From Octopus vulgaris (Eukaryota), in contig OX597826.1 in assembly GCA_951406725.2 (NCBI GenBank), positions 33,852,001 to 33,916,000 of the forward strand: a stretch of 64,000 nt of DNA. Direction: 5' to 3'. The number at the start of each line of letters is the position of its first letter. The stretch's first letter is position 1. Position numbers and translations under genes: made by a program. Of this stretch, positions 55,800 through 64,000 are shown piece by piece. The notes beneath the pieces are model-generated. The model was not told where the DNA came from and ran no database searches. It saw only the letters and a list, made by a program, of their open reading frames with translations.

Positions 55800-55906
55800 C
55801 GAATACTCCGGAAGGTGCTCGAAATATAAGAGGTGTTACCTTAGTTCACTGGTAGTGAACAGCTGACAATGTAGTACATCTCCAGTGTTAGAAGCTGTGC
55901 AAAGGC
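55800..55906 (+). mobile_element. Extreme 5'-truncated R4/Dong-like LINE (last codons plus 3' UTR)
   Basis: CGAATACTCCGGAAGGTGCTCGAAATATAA = RILRKVLEI*, paralleling HILRRTLSIQ* and HILRKILSM* of the neighbouring elements; followed directly by (AAT)n. Confidence 0.55.
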
Positions 55907-55977
<71 letters not shown>

Positions 55978-55981
55978 TAAC

Positions 55982-56061
<80 letters not shown>

Positions 56062-56090
56062 TAATAATAATAATAATGATAATAATAATA
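55907..56090. repeat. (AAT)n tract (tail/target of Dong-like elements)
   Basis: Read directly; further tracts at 59165-59182 and 61892-62060. Confidence 0.95.
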
Positions 56091-59000
56091 AAATAGTAAA
56101 ATAATCAAAGAACTGAAAACCACAGAGCTCAAAATGGACCGCCGACCATACCGCCCAAGAATCAAAATAGACGAAACAATAACACCAATTATAAACAGCA
56201 TAAACCTAGCCGTCACAGAACTAATAGCCACTGAAACAAAAAGCGATATCACTGAGCTAAATGACTTAATATACGCAGCAGCCACTGCAGCCACAAAAGA
56301 AGCTGAATACTCACTCAAACCCATCCAAACAGGAGTACCACCACCCAAACAAACTGTGGATAAATAACATCCAAAACAAAATACAAAAAATGAGAAAAGA
56401 TCTGTCGATTCTTAATGAAATCAGCAAACAATCAACGCTACTGAGCAACAAAAAGAAAACAAAAATACTCCGCAAATATAACATCACAGAGAAAGATTTA
56501 CCTGAAATAAAAGAAAAGCTGAAGCAAGATATCCTTCCCAAAGCACAAAGGATCCGCCGGTACGAGAAACGCCAGCGCTTCTTTGAACAAAACAAAAAGT
56601 TCAACTCCAGCCCCAAAAAGTTCTACCAAGAACTTGGCAAAAATAAAATAGAAGTCACAGCAGCACCAACGGCAGAAGAATTGGAAGAATTCTGGAGAGA
56701 AATATGGTCGGCGAACGAACAACCAAAAAAAGGAGTATCAAAATAACAAACTCGGCATCTGAACAACTTTGGACCCCCATAACAACTGAAGAGGTCACCC
56801 AGGCACTGCAAAGACTAAGCAACTGGAAGGCACCTGGGCATGACAAGATCCCCAACTTCTGGTTGAAATATCTAACAGGAATGCACAAAAAGCTGGCTGA
56901 AAACTTTAACAACATACTAGCAGAGCCAGAGACAATGCCTGAATGGCTCACGAAGGGGAAAAACCTCTTAATTCCCAAATCAAATGAGACAGCAAAACCA
57001 GAATACTACAGACCAATAACCTGCCTCCCAACAATGTTCAAGGCATTTACTGCAGTGATATCGCAAAGGTTGAACAAGCACCTGGACGAAAACAACCTGT
57101 TCCCAGAAGAGCAGAAAGGATGCCGCAAAGGCTCATATGGCTGTAAAGATCAACTATTGATTAATAAAGCCATAACTGAAGACAGCCACAGAAAGAAGAA
57201 AGGCCTCAGTATGGCCTGGATTGACTACAAAAAGGCGTTTGATAGCATCCCCCACACATGGATCCTCGAAACACTAGCCATTAACAAAGTAGCACCAACA
57301 ATCATAAAATTCATAGAGCACTCTATGAATAAATGGCAAACAGTCCTACACCTCCAAACAAAAGAGGGACTCATGAAAACCAAAGACATCCCCATTAGAA
57401 GAGGAATATTCCAGGGAGACACGCTCTCTCCACTCCTTTTCTGCTTGGCACTGTCACCTCTATCTGCTATACTAAATAGAACTGGATGCAGATATAAATG
57501 TTACGGCAAAACGATCAGCCACCTTTTATATATGGATGACCTAAAACTATACGCTGCAAATGACAAGCAGCTGGAAACACTATTAAAGACAGTTCATGGA
57601 TTTACCAAAGAAATAGATATGAAATTTGGATTAGAAAAATGCGCCAAAGTAACCCTGAAAAGAGGAAAACTAGTTAAGAGTAGCAACATCAGACTAGATA
57701 AAACCAATGAAATAAAAGAATTAGACCAAAGCCAAACTTACAAATACTTAGGAATCCATGAACTAGATAAGACACAACACACACAAATGAAAGAGAAAAT
57801 AAAAAAAGAATATTATAGACGAGTTAGATCAATACTAAAAACAGAGCTCAATGCTAAAAACAAGATAATAGGTATTAACACTTTAGCTGTCCCAGTTATA
57901 AGTTACAGCTACAATATCCTTAACTGGACACGAAATGAACTGACCAAAATAGATAGGAAAACAAGAAAAATAATGACAGGATCTAGGATGCATCACCCAA
58001 AATCTGACATAGAAAGACTATATATACAACGTATAGAAGGTGGTAGAGGCCTTATACAACTGCAAAAATTACTATAAAATAACCACCATAGGACTGCAAA
58101 AATATCTACTTCAGAAGGAAGGAAAACTGATACAAATAGCGGCAAAACACGAGCAAAACAAAAAACTGTTCTCAGTATTTAAGGAAGCTGACAAATACAA
58201 ACAAGAAATCATACCACCTAATAAATATGAAGAAGAAGAAGAAGATGAAGAAACAACAAAAGCTATAAAACAAATGAAATCCAAACTAAAAATAGAACAG
58301 CAACGAACCATGATAAAACGATGGCAAGAAAAGCCCCTTCATGGTAAATACTGGACTAAACTAAACGCAAAAGAAATAGACAAAGAAAAATCCCAGCAAT
58401 GGTTGAGAAACTCAGGACTCAAAGCAGAAACAGAGGGATTTTTAATTGCAGCACAAGACCAAAGCCTCCCCACCAGAAATTACCAAAAACATGTAATGAA
58501 AAGAAATATTACAAGTAACGGCAGAATATGTGGAGATGGACAAGAAACAATAAATCATATCTCTAGCTGCCCAGTCCTGGCTAAGAAGGAATATATTCAC
58601 AGACATGACAGAGTTGGAACCTACATACATTATGGAATAACAACAGAAAAAAGATGGTATAGGCACACACCAGAAAAGGTCACAGAAAACGAGAAAGCAA
58701 CCATACTCTGGGATATGCCGATACACACAGATAGAGAAATTAAGGCCAACAGGCCAGATATAGTTGTCAGAGATCATGAAGAAAAAAATGCTTTCTAATT
58801 GATGTATCAATACCGGCAGATGACAACGTGTCTCTAAAAGAAATAGAGAAACTCTCAAAATACAAAGACCTAGAAATAGAGGTAACCAGAATGTGGAATC
58901 TGAAAACAGAAACAATTCCTATCATAGTAGGTGCATTAGGCATGATAAAAAAATATTCAGACAAATACATAACAAAAACACCAGGACTTACAAACACATA

Positions 59001-59164
59001 TAACATACAGAAAATTGCACTACTAGGCACTGCACACATCCTACGCAGAACACTTTCCATACAATAACCATCAGAGCATCACAACAAATCACAGCACATA
59101 CCCAAGGCACACAGAGCTGCGCTCGGTAGTGAAGTGAAAGCACGCTATAAAAATAAAACTACTG
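56091..59164 (+). mobile_element. R4/Dong-clade non-LTR retrotransposon, 5'-truncated, subfamily 1
   Basis: RT and RLE domains; (AAT)n on both sides. Confidence 0.92.
56134..59067 (+). pseudogene. Disrupted RT + restriction-like endonuclease ORF (pieces 56134-56367, 56390-56746, 56704-58077, 58040-58798, 58828-59067)
   Basis: WKAPGHD, YRPITCL, WIDYKKAFDS, GIFQGDTLSPLLF, YMDD, YKYLG; RHD, NRPDIV, KYKDL; first zinc-knuckle Cys mutated (GRIC). Confidence 0.92.
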
Positions 59165-59182
59165 AATAATAATAATAATAAT

Positions 59183-61670
59183 AGAAGATAGGAAAAACAA
59201 CAGTTACTGTAAAGTCTGTACCATCAAAAGAAGAAGTGCAAGGATTTTGGAATAAAATTTGGGCAGAAGAAAAAACACACAGCGAAAAGGCCCCCTGGAT
59301 TGATAGAATATCTAAAGAACTGGACTCCTTAGAAGAGCAAAAGTGGGAGGGTGTCAAGGTAGAAGATATAAGATCTGCTCTCAGGAGGTGAAGCAAATGG
59401 AAGTCTCAAGGAAAGGATAAAATCCCTAACTTTTGGTTGAATGCCTTTCCAGAGAGCCATGAACTGCTAGCAGAACTTTACAATGATACTTTGCAACACC
59501 CTAGTAGGATGCCTCCTTGGTTAGTTAATAGGTTAACATTCCTGCTTCCAAAAAGTGAAGAAACAAATGAACCCAAAAACTATAGACCCATAACCTGCTT
59601 AACAACTATGTATAAAACACTAACATCTGTCCTGACGGAATATACCTATAGTTTTTTGACAGACAGCAGCATATTCCCTAATGAACAGAAAGGATGTAAA
59701 CGTGGATCCTACGGTTGTAAAGATCAACTACTCATCAATAAGATGATCTTAGAAGATTGTCACAAACGACACAAAAACTTATCAATAGCCTGGATAGACT
59801 ATAAAAGGCTTTTGATAGCCTACCACATAGCTGGATTAATAAATGCCTAGAAATGTATAAGATAGCACCTGCTCTGCGAAACTTTTTGTCTGTAAGTATG
59901 AGATCATGGAGAACCACACTAACTTTGAACAGTGACAATGAATCTCTAAATGCTGGTGATGTAAAAATTTCATGTGGCATTTTCCAGGGTGACTCACTAT
60001 CACCGCTCCTCTTCTGTTTAGCCTTAATACCTCTCTCAAAACCTAATACCTCTCTCAATGATGCGCAGTACGGATATAAAATGTTTGATAAAAATATAAA
60101 TCATCTCATTTACATGGATGATTTAAAGCTCTTTGCAAAAAATGACCAACAACTCAAGGGCTTACTAGCGATTGTCAAACAATTCAGTGATGACATCAGA
60201 ATGCAATTTGGCCTCGATAAATGCGCAAAAGCTACCTTTATCAAAGGAAAAATGACAGAAACATCTAACGTTAACCTTGACCAGCAGAATGTCATAAAAG
60301 AATTAGACCCAGCAGAGAACTACAAGTATCTAGGGGTAATTGAAGGAGAAGGAATAAGGCATTCAGAGATGAAGGAAAGGATCAGGAGAGAATGCTATCG
60401 CAGAGTAAGAGCAATACTCAAGACAGAGCTGAATGCGAGAAACAGGATCGAAGCGATCAATGCATTAGCCATACCAGTCGTGACTTACAGTTTCAGTATC
60501 GTTAACTGGTCAATTACTGAAATATGTAATCTTGACAGAAAAATACGAAAACTGTTGACAATGCATAGAATGCACCACCCTAAGGCAGATACAGAACGAC
60601 TTTATCTGCCAAGAAAAGAGGGAGGCCGTGGACTTTTACAACTGGCAATAACAATGAAGATTGCTACAATTGGCCTAGACACCTACCTGAAAAACTCTGA
60701 GGACTGGATGTTAAAACTTGTCTCAAAACATGAAAACAAGAAAGCATCATACTCAGTAACAAAACAGGCAAAGGAATACCTAAGTGAATTCCGAATACAA
60801 CAAATTTCGGAATTAGAGATAGACATACAAGAAACAGGCACAGAAAAAGCTAAGCGCATGAAAACCCGTGCTAAATCTGCAGCCTTAGATATTCTGAATG
60901 ATAAATGGCAAGAAAAACCTCTCTATGGCAAATACCCAAAGAGAGCAAATAATGCAGATGTTGACAAAGCCCTGACCCATCAATGGCTAATGGCCTCTGG
61001 CTTAAAATCTGAAACAGAGGGGTTTATCATAGCAGCTCAAGATCAATGCCTACCAACAAGAAACTACCAGGCCAACATATTAAAGATCAGAAGCAGTCCA
61101 ACGTGTCGTGTATGCAAGCAACAAAATGAAACCATTGACCATGTGGTCTCCAAGTGCAGTCTTCTAGCGCCTACAGAGTATCTCAACAGGCACGATAGAG
61201 CTGCACAATATATTCACTGGGTAATCTGTAAAAACCTGGATTTGCCCCATGAAAAAAACTGGTGGGAACACAAACCACCCCCAGTGCTTGAAAATGACCA
61301 CATCTCACTCCTCTGGAACTTCACCATTCAAACTGACAGAAAGATAGATGCAAATAGGCCAGACATCATATTGAAAGACTTCAAACAAAGAACATGCCTC
61401 CTCATTGATATGACTGTCCCAATCGATATAAACGTATCTGTCAAGACCTACCAAAAACTGAGCAAATATAAAGATCTTGAAATAAAAATCAGCAAAATGT
61501 GGAAGCTGAAGACTAAAACAATACCTGTTGTTATAGGAGCCCTGGGAATGATAGCAAAAGGGGCAGATAGCTACCTAACTCAGATACCAGGAAACCCAAA
61601 AATGGCAGAAATTCAAAAGATAGTGCTCATGGGAACTGCTCATATCCTACGCAAAATACTTTCTATGTAA
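59183..61670 (+). pseudogene. RT + CCHC + RLE ORF with a stop near 59388 and a frameshift near 59806; open from 59853 to 61670
   Basis: GIFQGDSLSPLLF, YMDD, YKYLG, CRVC...HVVSKC, RHD, NRPDII, LIDMTVP, KYKDL. Confidence 0.92.
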
Positions 61671-61891
61671 TCTCAAGGTTTAAAACAAACATAATTTTCG
61701 GTTTTAAAAAAAAAAAAAAAAAATTATTTAAAAATTTTTTTTAGACATTCATTAGTACAACACCCCACCCCCCAAATATATGGCACACTAGGCATAACAA
61801 GAACATGAACTTCCAACCCTGTTGTCTCTTGAGGTCTCTGGGTGAGACTTGGAGCCAACTTGTACAAATATAAAGCAAAAGTCAAACATAG
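59183..61891 (+). mobile_element. R4/Dong-clade non-LTR retrotransposon, 5'-truncated, subfamily 2
   Basis: Begins after (AAT)6 and ends GTCAAACATAG(AAT)n; same domains as subfamily 1 but clearly divergent, with an unrelated 3' UTR. Confidence 0.92.
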
Positions 61892-61928
61892 AATAATAAT
61901 AATAATAATGATAATAATAATAATAATG

Positions 61929-62050
<122 letters not shown>

Positions 62051-62067
62051 TATAATAATAATGATGA

Positions 62068-62150
62068 TGATGAAGGCTGGAGGGTATAACAGCCGGAACG
62101 TTGTGCTAATAACAAGATGAGAACAAATATCCGTCAAATGTAAATGATGC
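62068..62150 (+). mobile_element. Decayed tail of the HHR-SINE family seen at 53565-53855
   Basis: TGATGAAGGCTGGAGGGTATAACAGCCGGAACGTTGTG...ACAAATATCCGTCAAATGTAAAT; core C3 lost and GAAA changed to GGAA. Confidence 0.7.
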
Positions 62151-62682
62151 TATGCACTATTTCTTCAATGATTCAGCAAATTGTTAGTATAAGATTCGAA
62201 GTCTAAGGCAGCGAGCTAGCAGAATTATTTGCATGCCGGACAAAATGCTTAACGACATTTTGTCTGTCTTAACGTTGTGAGTCCAAATTCTGCTAAGTGA
62301 GACTTTACCTTTCATTCTTTCGGGGTCAATTAAATAAGTACCAGTGAAGCACAAGTGTTGATGGAATCAACTTGCTGGACTTCTACCAAAATTTGAAACC
62401 AATCTACGATTTGGAGTTGACCAATCATCTTGATTTTTTATGAGCCTTGGTTTAACATTGAATAAAAGGTGATATGGAATTATCACTATTTTCAGATTGA
62501 AGAGCGAAAGAAAACTCTTTGAATTTGTTAATAAACATTGGTGACATACTCTGAGTAATTTTTATGCCATCATTCACCTTATACCAGCCAATGGTTCTTA
62601 GAATTTGCGGAGGTATTGGAACTAAGTTTCACTTTAACTGGAACAATAGATTGTCGAGTGTTTGCTGTTGTTCCACCAGTTT

Positions 62683-63084
62683 GCTGTGTGGTAAGTAGCT
62701 TGCTAACCAACCACATGGTTCCGGGTTCAGTCCTACTGCATGGCATCTTGGGCAAGTGTCTTCTGCTATAGCCCCGGGCCGACCAATGCCTTGTGAGTGG
62801 ATTTGGTAGACGGAAACTGAAAGAAGCCTGTCGTATATATGTATATATATATAAGTGTGTGTGTATATGTTTGTGTGTCTGTGTTTGTCCCCCTAGCATT
62901 GCTTGACAACCGATGCTGGTGTGTTTACGTCGCCGTCACTTAGCGGTTCGGCAAAAGAGACCGATAGAATAAGTACTGGGCTTACAAAGAATAAGTCCCG
63001 GGGTAGATTTGCTCGACTAAAGGCGGTGCTCCAGCATGGCCGCAGTCAAATGACTGAAACAAGTAAAAGAGTAAAAGAGTAAAA
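62683..63084 (+). mobile_element. SINE family A, young near-full-length copy
   Basis: GCTGTGTGGTAAGTAGCTTGCT...GGGTTCAGTCC...; tail (GTAAAAGA)n. Confidence 0.9.
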
Positions 63085-63573
63085 TACAATGATGCTAGTC
63101 TGGGTTCGATCATCGTTTAGCAATTCCAAAGCTCAAAGTTGATTACTTGCAAGCATAGAAGTTGAGTTCTTAGAAAGACAGGTGTATTTCTTCACTGAGA
63201 TCAATCAATTTTTCTGCATTTCCAATTGACTAAAAGTTTGCTAGATTAGAGTTGACCTTTGGATAAAAAGCAACAACAATGACGATAACAATAATGATTT
63301 CAAATTTTGGCACAAGGCCAGCAATTTCAGGAGAGGAGGTAAATCGATTGCATCTCCCTTAATTCATCGATCCGGAAAGGATGAAAGACAGAATTTGGCA
63401 GAATTGAACTCAGAAACAAAATGCTGCTAGCCATTTTCCTTGGCATTCTTTTACGTATTTCAGTCGTTTGAGTGCGGCACTGCTAAGTTACGGGAACGTA
63501 AACACACCAACATTGGTTGTCAAATGATGGTGGGGGACAACACAGACACAAGCACACGCACATACACACACAC

Positions 63574-63609
<36 letters not shown>

Positions 63610-64000
63610 AGCTTCTTTCAGTTTCCATCTGCCAAATCCACTCAGAAGGCTTTGGTTGGCCCGAGGCTATAGTAGAAGACACTTACCCAAGGTGCCACGC
63701 AATGAGACTGAACCCGGAACCATGTGGTCGCGAAGCAAACTTCTTATCATACAGCCAGACTTGCTAACGATTCTGTCACGTCACCAACTTAAACAATAAT
63801 AATGTTTTCTACTTAAGGCACAAGGGGTGATATTTTGGGGGTGAGGGATAGCCAATGACATCGACCCCAGTGCGTAACTGGTACTTATTTCATTGACCCT
63901 GAAAGGATGAAAAGCAAAGTCGACATTGGAGGGATTTGAACGTAAGAATGGATGAAATGCTGCTAACCATTTTGCCTAGCATGCAAACGATTCTGCCAGC

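Overview
AT-rich, microsatellite-dense eukaryotic (animal) genomic DNA with no recognisable intact host gene; the repeat complement looks like an octopod cephalopod genome (inference only, not testable from the sequence). Most ORFs in the track are translations of simple repeats. Recognisable content: (i) three R4/Dong-type non-LTR retrotransposon copies stacked in one (AAT)n tract at 55.8-62.1 kb; (ii) many copies of at least three tRNA-derived SINE families; (iii) non-autonomous Helitron-like elements, one enclosing the 3' end of a HERO-like retrotransposon; (iv) decayed hAT (Buster/Charlie), mariner and RTE fragments; (v) very long microsatellites. The most interesting signal is a set of short non-coding elements, mostly inserted in (AT)n and often folded back on themselves, that carry minimal hammerhead-ribozyme (HHR)-like folds. 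Different families use three Watson-Crick versions of the core 3-8 pair (C-G, G-C, U-A) and a palindromic stem III. They include a head-to-tail ~557-bp retrozyme-like array, a tRNA-headed SINE with an HHR and a ~190-nt rod-like hairpin with a partial HHR at its tip. All structures were parsed by eye; no folding or database search was run.
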